Of a DNA stretch of 64,000 nt, positions 38,819 to 48,634 are shown piece by piece. Both the position numbers and the translations under genes were made by a program. This DNA comes from Elusimicrobiota bacterium. GTDB taxonomy: Bacteria > Elusimicrobiota > Endomicrobiia > Endomicrobiales > JBDRNC01. The notes under the pieces were generated by a model, which was given only the letters and a program-made list of their open reading frames with translations, was not told the origin of the DNA and did no database searches. The first letter of the stretch is position 1, and each line of letters begins with the position of its first letter. The stretch lies in the NCBI GenBank assembly GCA_043811535.1, contig JBDRNC010000008.1, positions 68,656-132,655 on the forward strand, written 5' to 3'.

Positions 38819-39726
38819 AATATATAAATACAATCATCATCCTGGCATTCTGCGCGCTCGTGCTCGCGCCTCCGCTTCGCGCGATAGACGAGAACGCCGG
38901 CACGTCAGGCCTCCAGTTCCTTAAAATCGGACTGGGCGCGAAACAGCTTGCTTCCGGCGAGAGCGCGTGCGCCTCAGCCGAAGATTCAAACACTATTTTC
39001 TGGAACCCGGCCGGATTAACGCGTCTCGAAAAACGCCAGATAAGCCTTTCCCATAACCAATGGATAGACGGCATCAGCGAGCAGTCGGTAACATTCAACT
39101 ATCCGGGCGAAAAATGGCACTTTGGAGGGGGCATACTCTACCTTCACATGGGAGATCTGACCGGCTACGATATCGACGCGCAGGGGAAACCGGTTAAAAT
39201 CGCCGATTTCACTTCTTATGATATGGCGGCGATATTTTCCTGCGCGAGAGTGTACGAAGGCGTTTCAGTCGGCTTGAACGTCAAACTGTTCCAGGAAAAA
39301 ATTGAAAATACCCAGGGGTCGGGCGCGGCCATTGATATCGGCGCGAGCAAATCACTTATGGAAAACCTGGTTGCGGGCGTAGTCCTGCAAAACGCGGGCA
39401 CATCCGTGAAATTCATTGAGAAGGAAACACAACTGCCTTTGAACATAAAGGCCGGCCTGGCATACAGGATGTTAAGCGATAGATTGTTATTGACCGCTGA
39501 CGTAAACAAACCGAATGACAATGCATATAAGGGAAGCTTCGGAGCGGGGTATAAAGTCGCCGATTCACTGGCGTTCAGGGCCGGATATAACGATAAAACG
39601 GCGTTGAACAGCAGCATCACTTTCGGCCTGGGCATTAATATTTCAGAATGGACGGTTGATTACGCGTACGTTCCTTACGGAAAATTAGGGGACACGCACA
39701 GAATTTCTCTTACTACCGGATTCTAA
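38815..39726 (+). CDS. PorV/PorQ family outer-membrane beta-barrel
   Basis: FLKIGLGAKQLASG, FWNPAGL, AIDIG, LAFRAGY, DYAYVPYGKLGDTHRISL, terminal F. Confidence 0.88.
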   Translation: MKYINTIIILAFCALVLAPPLRAIDENAGTSGLQFLKIGLGAKQLASGESACASAEDSNTIFWNPAGLTRLEKRQISLSHNQWIDGISEQSVTFNYPGEKWHFGGGILYLHMGDLTGYDIDAQGKPVKIADFTSYDMAAIFSCARVYEGVSVGLNVKLFQEKIENTQGSGAAIDIGASKSLMENLVAGVVLQNAGTSVKFIEKETQLPLNIKAGLAYRMLSDRLLLTADVNKPNDNAYKGSFGAGYKVADSLAFRAGYNDKTALNSSITFGLGINISEWTVDYAYVPYGKLGDTHRISLTTGF

Positions 39727-39735
39727 GCGGCAACT

Positions 39736-40218
39736 ATGGTAAGGCATATCAGGATTTTTGCGGCAGCGCTTTTACTGTTAATATTTCCGTGTTTATGCGC
39801 GGCTGAATTTACGGTAGACCCTTCATACGTCAGGGTTACCGGGATAAAGCCCGGCCGCGCCGCCAAGCTTTTAAACGACGTGTTTCAAAAAAAATACTTC
39901 ATCGGCATTAATAACCTCGGCGGGGAAACATCCGGGTACAGGATTGACATCGTAAGCTGCAAAGAATACGGGATAGAGCCCCATCCCGGATATGAGGATA
40001 TTCCGGATGTTTCATGGATAAAAATCAAAAAACCGGTCTTTAAGGTAAAGGCGGGAGAACTCAAGAAGATAAGAGATATTTCTATTAAGATCCCGAAAAC
40101 ATCGGGACAGGCCGGAAAGAATTATCAGGCGATTATTAAAGTAATAGGCGAAGCTTCCAAATATCAACCGGTGAATATTGAAGTGATTTTGCCTCTATGG
40201 ATAGCGGTATCTAAATAA
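39736..40218 (+). CDS. Exported Ig-like protein, possibly chaperone-like
   Basis: Signal peptide; VDP, INN, SWIKI, VKAGE, ISIKIP, YQAIIKV strand pattern reminiscent of PapD/DUF916-type folds (inference). Confidence 0.55.
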   Translation: MVRHIRIFAAALLLLIFPCLCAAEFTVDPSYVRVTGIKPGRAAKLLNDVFQKKYFIGINNLGGETSGYRIDIVSCKEYGIEPHPGYEDIPDVSWIKIKKPVFKVKAGELKKIRDISIKIPKTSGQAGKNYQAIIKVIGEASKYQPVNIEVILPLWIAVSK

Positions 40219-40239
40219 ATTCTCATAAATGAGCTCTGC

Positions 40240-41565
40240 ATGAAAACAAAATTATTAATCGCAACGCTAACTGTCATTTGCGCTCTATCCATCACAGCGT
40301 GGGCCGCGATCGGCATTAATCTCACCTCAAACGGATGGAACGTGACCCCTGCCGGCGGCAAGGGCGCGGGAACATGGACCAGCCCTACTTTTTCTGCGCA
40401 AAATATCGGAACTGAATCCGGCAAACTGCTCATACGCGCCTCAAATACGCAGAATTGGAGCCTGTCGGCAGCTCCCGGAATGAACATCTTCGCCATGCAG
40501 TTTGGAGACGGAGGCACATGGAAAGCGTTGAGTACAGCTGAATCAGTTCTTGTGCAGTCGCTCAACGCGGGACTGCAGTACAATTTCATGCTGCGATATC
40601 AATCGCCTTCCGATTTGACTGATAAAACTTTGTCCGTGACCCAGATATCGACCGTCACTATTTCGATCATTTCCGCCGCATTGCAGCAGCCGGTCACTTC
40701 CTATGTCTTCCTGAAAAAATGGGGCAGCCGCGGATCGGAAAATGGCCAACTCCTTGATGCTGTAAAACTTGCCCTGGATTCGGCCGGTAACGTATATGTG
40801 GCGGATCATCTTAATAATCGCGTCGTAAAATTCACGTCAAACGGGGATTATATCATGAGTTGGGGAACAGCCGGCTCCGGCGACGGTCAATTCTCGCAAG
40901 CTTCAGGAATCGGCATAGACAGCAAGGATTACATATATGTGGGAGACATGCAAAACAACCGCGTGCAGGTATTCACCTCAAGCGGTCAATTTGTGAGAAA
41001 GTGGGGAACTGCCGGAACCGGCAACGGTCAATTTGACAAGCCCTACGGAGTTGACATTGACAAGGACGATAATGTCTATGTCACGGAATACTATGGATGC
41101 CGTATTCAGAAATTTGATGCGGAAGGCGCGTATCTGATGAAGTTCGGAACCGAAGGAACCGGAGATGGGCAGTTACACCATCCAGCTACTGTCGCCATTG
41201 ATGATTTGGGTTACATTTATGTTGCAGACTGCGGAAACAGCCGGGTGCTAAAGTTTGATTCAAACGGCGTTTTTGTTTTGAAATGGGGGACATTTGGCCT
41301 CGGCAACGGCCAATTTGACGTGCCGCAGGACGTAATAGTCGACAGATCCGGCAATATACTTGTAGTTGATTCCAGGAATTATACCGGACAGAATAGGGTA
41401 CAGATTTTCACGCCTAACGGCGTCTACATCTCCCAGTTCGGAAACGGACTAGGCACCGGCGACGGGCAGTTTCTTTCCTTATACGGCATGGTCATGGATC
41501 CATCCGGAAAGGTATATACTCTTGACGGTCCCACAGGCCGCATACAGGTATTCACGCCGCAATAA
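40240..41565 (+). CDS. Secreted NHL-repeat beta-propeller protein with a ~125-aa N-terminal beta domain
   Basis: Signal peptide; six G-G-GQF-P..D..GNIYVAD..N.RVQ.F repeats. Confidence 0.9.
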   Translation: MKTKLLIATLTVICALSITAWAAIGINLTSNGWNVTPAGGKGAGTWTSPTFSAQNIGTESGKLLIRASNTQNWSLSAAPGMNIFAMQFGDGGTWKALSTAESVLVQSLNAGLQYNFMLRYQSPSDLTDKTLSVTQISTVTISIISAALQQPVTSYVFLKKWGSRGSENGQLLDAVKLALDSAGNVYVADHLNNRVVKFTSNGDYIMSWGTAGSGDGQFSQASGIGIDSKDYIYVGDMQNNRVQVFTSSGQFVRKWGTAGTGNGQFDKPYGVDIDKDDNVYVTEYYGCRIQKFDAEGAYLMKFGTEGTGDGQLHHPATVAIDDLGYIYVADCGNSRVLKFDSNGVFVLKWGTFGLGNGQFDVPQDVIVDRSGNILVVDSRNYTGQNRVQIFTPNGVYISQFGNGLGTGDGQFLSLYGMVMDPSGKVYTLDGPTGRIQVFTPQ

Positions 41566-41579
41566 GAACGAGAGGATTT

Positions 41580-42920
41580 ATGAAATCCCTGAAGGTATTG
41601 TTTATTCTGCTAACCGCCTGTTCGCCTGTGTGGGCCGCTATCGGCATTAAGCTCACCTCAAATGAATGGAACGTGGCCCAGGCTGACGGCTCGGGCGCGG
41701 GAACATGGACCAGCCCTGCATTCACCGTTCAGAATATCGGCACTGAACCCAGCAAACTGCTCATACGCGCCTCAAATACGCAGAATTGGAGCCTGGCGGC
41801 AGCTCCCGGAATGAACATCTTCGCCATGCAGTTCGGCGACGGGAACACATGGAACGCGCTGAGCACGGCGGAATCAGTTCTTGTCTCATCTCTCAGCGCG
41901 AGCTCGCAGTACAATTTCCTGCTGCGCTATCAGTCGCCCTCGGATTTGACCGATAAAACCCTGTCCTTGACGCAGACATCAACCGTCACTGTTTCAATTG
42001 TTTCCACCGCGCTGCAGCCGCCGGTTACTTCCTATGTTTTCCTGAGTAAATACGGCGCTCTCGGGAGCGGTAACGGGCAATTCAATTGGCCCTATAATAT
42101 CGCGTTTGATGCTTCCGGAAACATCTACGTCACTGAGACCAATACCGGCAGTGAGACGGTCTGGAACTGCAGGGTTCAGAAATTCGACAGCAATTTCAAT
42201 TTTATCACCAAATGGGGCACTCTTGGTTCCGGCGACGGCCAATTCAATTACCCGAGAGGCATTGAAATTGACAGCCAGAACAATGTCTATGTCATGGATA
42301 TGTTCAACAATCGCATTCAAAAGTTTACTTCTGACGGCGTTTTCATTAAAAAATGGGGAAGTTTAGGTTCAGGCGACGGACAGCTTAACCAGCCTGACGG
42401 AATGTGCATTGACCATGAAAATAATATATATGTAGCTGAATATTACGGTCACCGGATATCTAAATTCAGCCCGGACGGGGTTTTTCTGGCAAAATATGGA
42501 ACCGGAACCGAGGGAGCGGGAGACGGACAGTTTCATCATCCTACATCTGTCGCGGTTGATAATATTGGGAATATATATGTCACAGACTTAAATTACCGCG
42601 TGCAAAAGCTCGGCCCTGATGGAACATATATCACAAAATGGGGTTCATGGGGTCTCGGCAACGGCCAATTCGATTCCCCTTCAGACATATATGTAGACCG
42701 TTCGGGAAATATTCTTGTTGCGGACTCGAGGAATTACACAGGACAGAATAGAGTGCAGATTTTTACTCCTGACGGCGCTTATATAGGGCAAGTGGGAAAT
42801 GGATATGGCACCGGTGACGGTCAATTTAAGTGCGTTATCGGTCTTTGCCTTGACAAAAACGGCAATCTTTATACAGTCGATATGGTGGGCAATAGAATAC
42901 AAATATTTACGCCGCAGTAA
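41580..42920 (+). CDS. Secreted NHL-repeat beta-propeller protein, tandem paralogue
   Basis: Same architecture as the upstream gene; N-terminal domain nearly identical. Confidence 0.9.
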   Translation: MKSLKVLFILLTACSPVWAAIGIKLTSNEWNVAQADGSGAGTWTSPAFTVQNIGTEPSKLLIRASNTQNWSLAAAPGMNIFAMQFGDGNTWNALSTAESVLVSSLSASSQYNFLLRYQSPSDLTDKTLSLTQTSTVTVSIVSTALQPPVTSYVFLSKYGALGSGNGQFNWPYNIAFDASGNIYVTETNTGSETVWNCRVQKFDSNFNFITKWGTLGSGDGQFNYPRGIEIDSQNNVYVMDMFNNRIQKFTSDGVFIKKWGSLGSGDGQLNQPDGMCIDHENNIYVAEYYGHRISKFSPDGVFLAKYGTGTEGAGDGQFHHPTSVAVDNIGNIYVTDLNYRVQKLGPDGTYITKWGSWGLGNGQFDSPSDIYVDRSGNILVADSRNYTGQNRVQIFTPDGAYIGQVGNGYGTGDGQFKCVIGLCLDKNGNLYTVDMVGNRIQIFTPQ

Positions 42921-43022
42921 CGGATCAATCAGGCCTTATTTATCATCCTCCCGGGTCCTATTCTCTATTCCCTATTCCCTATTCTCTATTTTTCATTCTC
43001 TAATTCCCTGTCTTTTATATTG

Positions 43023-43162
43023 AGACCGTTGGAAAAGCACTCAACGGTCTTGATTACACAGATTAATAAAACAGATTACACAGAAACACCGACGGGACTT
43101 AATCTGTGTAATCATTTTTAAATCAGTGTAATCAGAGATTATTGGGGTTTTTCAATAATCTC
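43023..43162. mobile_element. Hairpin-capped GATTACACA 9-mer element
   Basis: AGACCGTTG/CAACGGTCT hairpin, GATTACACAGA arm, ATCTGTGTAATC arm, GAGATTATTG/CAATAATCTC hairpin; partial copies at 60787-60873 and 1566-1623. Confidence 0.7.
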
Positions 43163-43200
43163 GTGTTGTGAGTTTTCTTTTTTTTGTCTATAATTAACCC

Positions 43201-43542
43201 ATGGACACAAAAAAACTGAGGATGGGCGGAGACCCGACCGGCATAAACGTAAGCATCGCGGGTAAATTCGCCGACAAGGCATTGGGCTGGATGTTCAAGA
43301 AGGTCCGGGATGATATGGGACTGCTCCTCCTGAACTGCTCAAGCATCCACACTCTTTTCATGTTCTCGGCCATAGACGTTATTTTTCTGGACTCGAAATA
43401 TTCCATAGTAAAAATCATTCCTAACCTGAGGCCGTGGCGCCTCGTCTTTCCCGTCTCCGGCGCCAGAATGGTCCTGGAGCTGCCGCTGAAATCCGCCCTG
43501 TCTTTCGGCCTGAAAAAAGGCGATAAACTCGAAATAGCCTAA
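43201..43542 (+). CDS. DUF192 family protein
   Basis: GLLL..CSSIHTLFMFSAIDVIFLD, LRPWR, VLELP, LKKGD. Confidence 0.9.
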   Translation: MDTKKLRMGGDPTGINVSIAGKFADKALGWMFKKVRDDMGLLLLNCSSIHTLFMFSAIDVIFLDSKYSIVKIIPNLRPWRLVFPVSGARMVLELPLKSALSFGLKKGDKLEIA

Positions 43543-43554
43543 ACGGAGGAAGCG

Positions 43555-45291
43555 ATGCAATTTTTTTTCGTCATCCTGTACCTGGCGGGGCTGGCCCTGC
43601 CTATTCTCGGGCTGATCTATCTTGTCAAGATAATAGCCGGAAAAAGAGGCGCGGAAAAGGGAAAAATCGATTTCCTGAAGAATGAGGCGCTCAGGTGGGG
43701 GAATCTCGGGATAATCACTAAAGAACAGTACGACAACATAATCAAACTTTACCTGTCGAAGGAATCCAAAAAGCTCAACCTTGTCAAAGTCATAATGTTC
43801 TGCGGGGCAATATTTCTCGGCCTCGGTGTGCTCCTGTTCGTTTCTTCAAACTGGGATAAGCTTTCAAACCTTAACCGCACGATAATCCTTCTAACCGCTA
43901 CATTCGCGTCGCTGTTTGCCGGATATTACTATACGGAAATCAAGCAGACGATTCCGGCCCTGGGCAAATCTATCATATTCCTGTCGACGATCATGTGGGG
44001 GGCTTCAATAATACTGATAGCCCAGATATACCACATACCCTCATCGGGCAACTGGATCATACTGTTATTGTGGGGACTGCCTATCCTTCCGCTTGCAGTC
44101 CTCTTCAAGAACAGGGCGGTGCTCTGGCTGTCCATAGTTATCCTGGCCGTATGGAACTTCATGTACAGCTACGACATGAGCGCCGCGAACTACTATTATC
44201 CGCTGCTCGCGCTTTGCGTCCTGCTCCCGCTGTCTAAAAACGATACCGCCGCCAAATGGCTCAGCATCACGGGGCTTTTCGCCGCCGCGTGGTACGCGCC
44301 GTTCCTGAAATACGAGTGGCTCGCTCTGCTGATTCCCGCAGGCACGCTGGCCTATCACGTTATTTCAGGCGAAAAAAAGTATCTGATCGCATCCGCGCTG
44401 GCATTCCCGGCGTGGTATGTGACGTTTTTTGTTCATCACGGCGCCCTGCCTAATTATTACGCTGCCGTGCCTGTTGCTGTATTGATATACCTGGCGGTGA
44501 AGGCCAAACACGACGTCAGTTTCACGCTCGCGCTGTGCGGGGGGATGATCACGGCGAACCTGCTTATATGGCGCGTATTCCAGCCGCAAGTATATAACTA
44601 TGGAGCCGAGACGTATTTCCTGGTATGTTTTTATATAATGCTCGGGATCGCTTTGTACATACTGAACGGATTCCTCAAAGGAAAATTATGGGAAGGCGGC
44701 GCGAAAGTGCTTACTTTCCTGCCCTTGGTGATGGCGCTCATCGGCCTGTTCACCATCTCGTTCAAAGGAATGGCGGAATCACTGCGCGGCGACTCCATCG
44801 CGCGCCTTGAATACTTCATAATGGCCTTCAGCAGCGCCGTGCTCCTGTTTTTTGTCTACGCCGTTGTAAGCGGCGTGTTTCAGGGAAACACGGGCAAGTT
44901 TGAAAAAACCGGGTTGGGCCTAGTTATTGTGTCCGTTGCCGCTGTTTACCTGTCGCTCGGCAACGTGCCTCTTATGATAATCGCCGCCAACGCGGCTCTG
45001 TTCGGCCTTACCGTCATAATGCTCTTTTTCGGAAAAGAGATAGAGTCGCCCCCTGTTTTCAATTTCGGCCTTTTTCTTTTCGGCGCCGCTACGTTTATGA
45101 GGTATTTCGACGTCGGGTGGATGCTGATGTCGCGGTCAATGTTCTTTCTTCTCGGCGGGCTGATACTGATAGGGCTCGGTCTGGTTTTTGACTGGAACCG
45201 GAAGACCATGCTGAAGAAAGCCCGCCGCGGCGGGCTTCGCGATGAGACAAATAATAACGACGCTGACAGTGCTCGGGGAGGCCAGCAATGA
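43555..45291 (+). CDS. DUF2157 domain membrane protein
   Basis: W..LGIITKEQ, GAIFLGLGVLLFVSSNW, LIAQIYHI, C-terminal RYFD..SRSMFFLLGG. Confidence 0.85.
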   Translation: MQFFFVILYLAGLALPILGLIYLVKIIAGKRGAEKGKIDFLKNEALRWGNLGIITKEQYDNIIKLYLSKESKKLNLVKVIMFCGAIFLGLGVLLFVSSNWDKLSNLNRTIILLTATFASLFAGYYYTEIKQTIPALGKSIIFLSTIMWGASIILIAQIYHIPSSGNWIILLLWGLPILPLAVLFKNRAVLWLSIVILAVWNFMYSYDMSAANYYYPLLALCVLLPLSKNDTAAKWLSITGLFAAAWYAPFLKYEWLALLIPAGTLAYHVISGEKKYLIASALAFPAWYVTFFVHHGALPNYYAAVPVAVLIYLAVKAKHDVSFTLALCGGMITANLLIWRVFQPQVYNYGAETYFLVCFYIMLGIALYILNGFLKGKLWEGGAKVLTFLPLVMALIGLFTISFKGMAESLRGDSIARLEYFIMAFSSAVLLFFVYAVVSGVFQGNTGKFEKTGLGLVIVSVAAVYLSLGNVPLMIIAANAALFGLTVIMLFFGKEIESPPVFNFGLFLFGAATFMRYFDVGWMLMSRSMFFLLGGLILIGLGLVFDWNRKTMLKKARRGGLRDETNNNDADSARGGQQ

Positions 45292-45800
45292 ATAAGCACA
45301 TAAAAATCATCGCCGTCGCGGCCTCGTGGCTCGTCATAGCGCTGCTGCTGATATCCTACAAGCACACTATCATAATTACGGGCGACAAGGTCCTGCTTGA
45401 AACCAAAGCCGTGGATCCCCGCGACCTTCTGAAAGGCGATTACGTGCGGCTCAACTACGCTATAAACACCGTGCCGAACGAGACAATTGACGGCAAGCGT
45501 CTTCAAACAGGGAAAAGATACTATGTCTTGCTGGCTAAAAATGATGGGAACCCGTTCTGGCAGGTTTCCGGCGTCACGGATAAAAAACCGGCGGGCGGGA
45601 TATTCCTCATTGGAAGGAAGCAATGGAGCCGCATGGTATACGGCATAGAGGAATATTATGTTCCCGAAGGCAAGGGCCTGGACATAGAGCGCAAGTGCGG
45701 AGAAGGCCTTGCGGTTGAGGCGGCGGTGACAAAATCCGGCCTTCCTGCCATATCACGGTTGTTCTTCAATAATGAAGAGCTTAAAATACGGGAGAAGTAG
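45288..45800 (+). CDS. GDYXXLXY domain protein
   Basis: VDPRDLLKGDYVRLNY, YGIEEYYVPEG. Confidence 0.9.
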   Translation: MNKHIKIIAVAASWLVIALLLISYKHTIIITGDKVLLETKAVDPRDLLKGDYVRLNYAINTVPNETIDGKRLQTGKRYYVLLAKNDGNPFWQVSGVTDKKPAGGIFLIGRKQWSRMVYGIEEYYVPEGKGLDIERKCGEGLAVEAAVTKSGLPAISRLFFNNEELKIREK

Positions 45801-45887
45801 TTCGGAGTTCGGAGTTCGGAGTTCGTAGTTCGTAGTTCGTAGTTCATTGCTAATTGCTAATTGTTAACTGGTAATTGTACGCCGGGG

Positions 45888-45916
45888 TTTACAAACTTCT
45901 CTATAAAAGTTAAAAT
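45888..45916 (+). promoter_or_regulatory. Sigma70-type promoter for lpd/gcv
   Basis: TTTACA-17 nt-TAAAAT. Confidence 0.55.
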
Positions 45917-45954
45917 ACTTAAAAGACTATTCTACGAGTCTTTTTTTCATTCTT

Positions 45955-47304
45955 ATGGCAAATAATACTTATAATCTCATAGTTATCGGAGCCGGGCCCG
46001 CGGGATATTCCGCGGCCATACGCGGAGCGCAATTGGGCGCTTTGGTCCTGCTTGTCGAAAAAGAAGCGGTCGGCGGCACCTGCCTGAACTGGGGATGCAT
46101 GCCGACGAAATTCCTGTGGGAATCCCTGCACCTGCAGAAAAAAATGCGGAGAGCCGCCGACTACGGCATCACGGCTGACGTCAAAGGCCAGGATTTTACG
46201 GCGCTTCAGCAGAAGAAAGGCAAAACAGTTGAACTGCTCACAAAGGGCCTTTCGGCGCTCCTCAAATCATATTCAATAGAAACTGCCGAAGGCGCCGCAA
46301 GTTTCGCGGGCCCGGACGAGATAATCATAAAAAAGAAAAACGGCGAAACACAGTCAGTTAAAGGCAAAAAGATAATCATCGCAACCGGCTCGCGCTCGTC
46401 AAACCTTAAAGACCTTGCAATAGACCACAATAAGATACTGGATTCCACCGACCTTTTGAATATCAAGGAACCTCCCAAATCCCTGCTTATAATAGGAGGC
46501 GGCGCGATAGGAGTGGAACTCGCCACGATTTACTCAGGTCTCGGCTGCGAGGTTACCGTAATTGAAAAAGAACCCCAGCTCCTGCCGGCGGCCGACGCTG
46601 AACTCGCCGCGGAAGTCAAAAAAATCCTTGAAAGACAGGGCGTGAAAGTCATAACCGGCTCCGGAGATTTCGGCGAACTTGTCAAAACCGCGGATAAAGT
46701 ATTGCTTTCCGCCGGAAGAAAACCCAATGTTGACGGGCTCGCGCTGGAAAAAGCCGGCGTGAAATACTCCGAAAAAGGCATTGAAATTGACGAATTTTGC
46801 AGAACCAGCGATGAAAACATATACGCCGCCGGCGATGTCACGGGAAAAAGCTTTTTGGCCTACGTGTCGCAGGCGGAAGGCGCCGCCGCCGCCGAGAACG
46901 CTTTGGGCGGAAAAACAACTGTCAACCGCGACGCCGTACCGTGGGCGGTCTTTTCGGACCCTCCTGTTGCGGGCGTCGGCGCCAGGGAAAACGATCTTCC
47001 GGCCGAAAAGATATCCATCGGCAGGTTCCAGCTTGCCGCGAGCGGCCGCGCGGCAATTGAATCGGAACGCAAGGGCTGGGCGAAAATCATATGTGAAAAG
47101 AGCACAGGAAAACTGCTCGGCGGCTGCATGGCCGGCCCGGGCGCCGAAGAGCTGATGCCCGTGCTCGCGCTGGCAGTCAGGAACAAGCTTACGGCGAAGG
47201 ACCTGAGCAGGGAGATATTCTTCCACCCGTCAATCTCCGAAGCCCTGCATTGCGCCTGCGAAGACGCCCTTGGCAAATGCGTTGATTTGCCGGCTAAGAA
47301 ATAA
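45955..47304 (+). CDS. lpdA: Dihydrolipoyl dehydrogenase (glycine cleavage L protein)
   Basis: GAGPAG, GGTCLNWGCMP redox disulfide, GGGAIGVE, HPSISEA; adjacent to gcv genes. Confidence 0.9.
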   Translation: MANNTYNLIVIGAGPAGYSAAIRGAQLGALVLLVEKEAVGGTCLNWGCMPTKFLWESLHLQKKMRRAADYGITADVKGQDFTALQQKKGKTVELLTKGLSALLKSYSIETAEGAASFAGPDEIIIKKKNGETQSVKGKKIIIATGSRSSNLKDLAIDHNKILDSTDLLNIKEPPKSLLIIGGGAIGVELATIYSGLGCEVTVIEKEPQLLPAADAELAAEVKKILERQGVKVITGSGDFGELVKTADKVLLSAGRKPNVDGLALEKAGVKYSEKGIEIDEFCRTSDENIYAAGDVTGKSFLAYVSQAEGAAAAENALGGKTTVNRDAVPWAVFSDPPVAGVGARENDLPAEKISIGRFQLAASGRAAIESERKGWAKIICEKSTGKLLGGCMAGPGAEELMPVLALAVRNKLTAKDLSREIFFHPSISEALHCACEDALGKCVDLPAKK

Positions 47305-47351
47305 ATCGTTAACCTTGTCCTGTGTTTGTTCAATATTTTGAAAACATTGAT

Positions 47352-47485
47352 AAATACTAAGCTCTAAACACTAAATACTAAATAAGCTTAAAATACAAAT
47401 ATTAAACACAAACACGGCCACCATTTGAGATTTGAATTTATAGTTTTGAAATTATTTAGTGTTTAGTATTTAGTTTTTAGTATTT
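47352..47485 (+). repeat. AAATACT heptamer hairpin element, copy B
   Basis: AAATACTAAGCTCTAAACACTAAATACTAAATAAG...TTATTTAGTGTTTAGTATTTAG. Confidence 0.85.
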
Positions 47486-47494
47486 AAGGAACTT

Positions 47495-48571
47495 ATGCGA
47501 AGAACCCCGTTGTATCATGAACACGAAAAACTTAAAGCAAAATTCACCGAATTCGGCGGGTGGGACATGCCCGTCTTTTACTCGTCCATAATCGATGAGC
47601 ATAATACCGTCAGGAACTCGGCCGGAATCTTTGACGCCTCCCATATGGGCGAGTTCATTGTGGGCGGCAAAGACGCGGTGCAGTATCTCAATAAAATAAC
47701 GATAACCGATACCGGGCTTCTAAAACCCGGCCAATGCAAGTATTCCATGTTCCTCAACGAGAAGGGCGGCATAATAGATGATATCCTTATTTACCGCAGG
47801 GAAAATGACTTCTTTGTTGTAGTCAACGCGGGGAACATGCCCAAAGACTGGGACTGGGTCAACTGGAACAAGTCAGGCGATGTTATTCTTGAGAACCGCA
47901 GCGAAGAGATCTCTCTCATAGCTCTTCAGGGTCCCGGCTCAAAAAATATAATGCAGCAGTTCGTTAAGAACAACCTTGACGAAGTCAAATACTATACCTT
48001 CTTCACGCCCGTCTTCAATGATATGTCGCCCAAATTCGCGCTAATATCGCGGACCGGCTACACCGGCGAGGACGGTTTCGAGATATTCATTAACAACGAA
48101 GCGGCTCCGCACATGTGGCAGAAACTGGTCGCGGCAGGCGTGAAACCCTGCGGCCTGGGCGCGCGCGACACGCTGCGGCTTGAGGCCGGCATGCCGCTTC
48201 ACGGCCACGAGATAACCGACGATATCACCCCGGTTGAAGCGGGCCTTAACTGGGCCGTAAACTGGGACAAGGATTTCATAGGCAAGGGCGTCATAGCCGC
48301 GCAGAAAGAGAAGGGCCCGGCAAAAAAGCTTGTCGCTTTCGTGCTTGAAAGTGGAATTCCGCGCCAGAATTTTGATATAATCTCAAACGGGCAGAAGATC
48401 GGGCAGGTAGCAAGCGGAACATTTTCGCCGACATTGAAAAAAGGAATAGGCACCGGTTTCGTGAACGTTCCTCTGGAAATAGGCGCGAAGATAGAGATAA
48501 TGATACATAACCAGCCCAAGCCGGCAGTAATAGTCAAGAAACCATTCTATAAAAGAAATAAAGTTTCTTGA
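47495..48571 (+). CDS. gcvT: Glycine cleavage system aminomethyltransferase T
   Basis: RTPLY, FGGWDMP, FDASHMG, RTGYTGEDGFEI, GLGARDTLRLEAG. Confidence 0.97.
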   Translation: MRRTPLYHEHEKLKAKFTEFGGWDMPVFYSSIIDEHNTVRNSAGIFDASHMGEFIVGGKDAVQYLNKITITDTGLLKPGQCKYSMFLNEKGGIIDDILIYRRENDFFVVVNAGNMPKDWDWVNWNKSGDVILENRSEEISLIALQGPGSKNIMQQFVKNNLDEVKYYTFFTPVFNDMSPKFALISRTGYTGEDGFEIFINNEAAPHMWQKLVAAGVKPCGLGARDTLRLEAGMPLHGHEITDDITPVEAGLNWAVNWDKDFIGKGVIAAQKEKGPAKKLVAFVLESGIPRQNFDIISNGQKIGQVASGTFSPTLKKGIGTGFVNVPLEIGAKIEIMIHNQPKPAVIVKKPFYKRNKVS

Positions 48572-48634
48572 TTACACTGATTCATAACAGAGATTACACA
48601 GATTCAATAAATAAATTTACCGGAGGCTTATCAC

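Noticed and set aside
40240..42920. Diversity-generating retroelement TR/VR pair
   Set aside because: Both copies are full genes, differences are not adenine-specific, and no reverse transcriptase is in the window.
47305..47494. Glycine riboswitch upstream of gcvT
   Set aside because: No aptamer motifs were seen; the spacer is filled by the AT-rich hairpin element.
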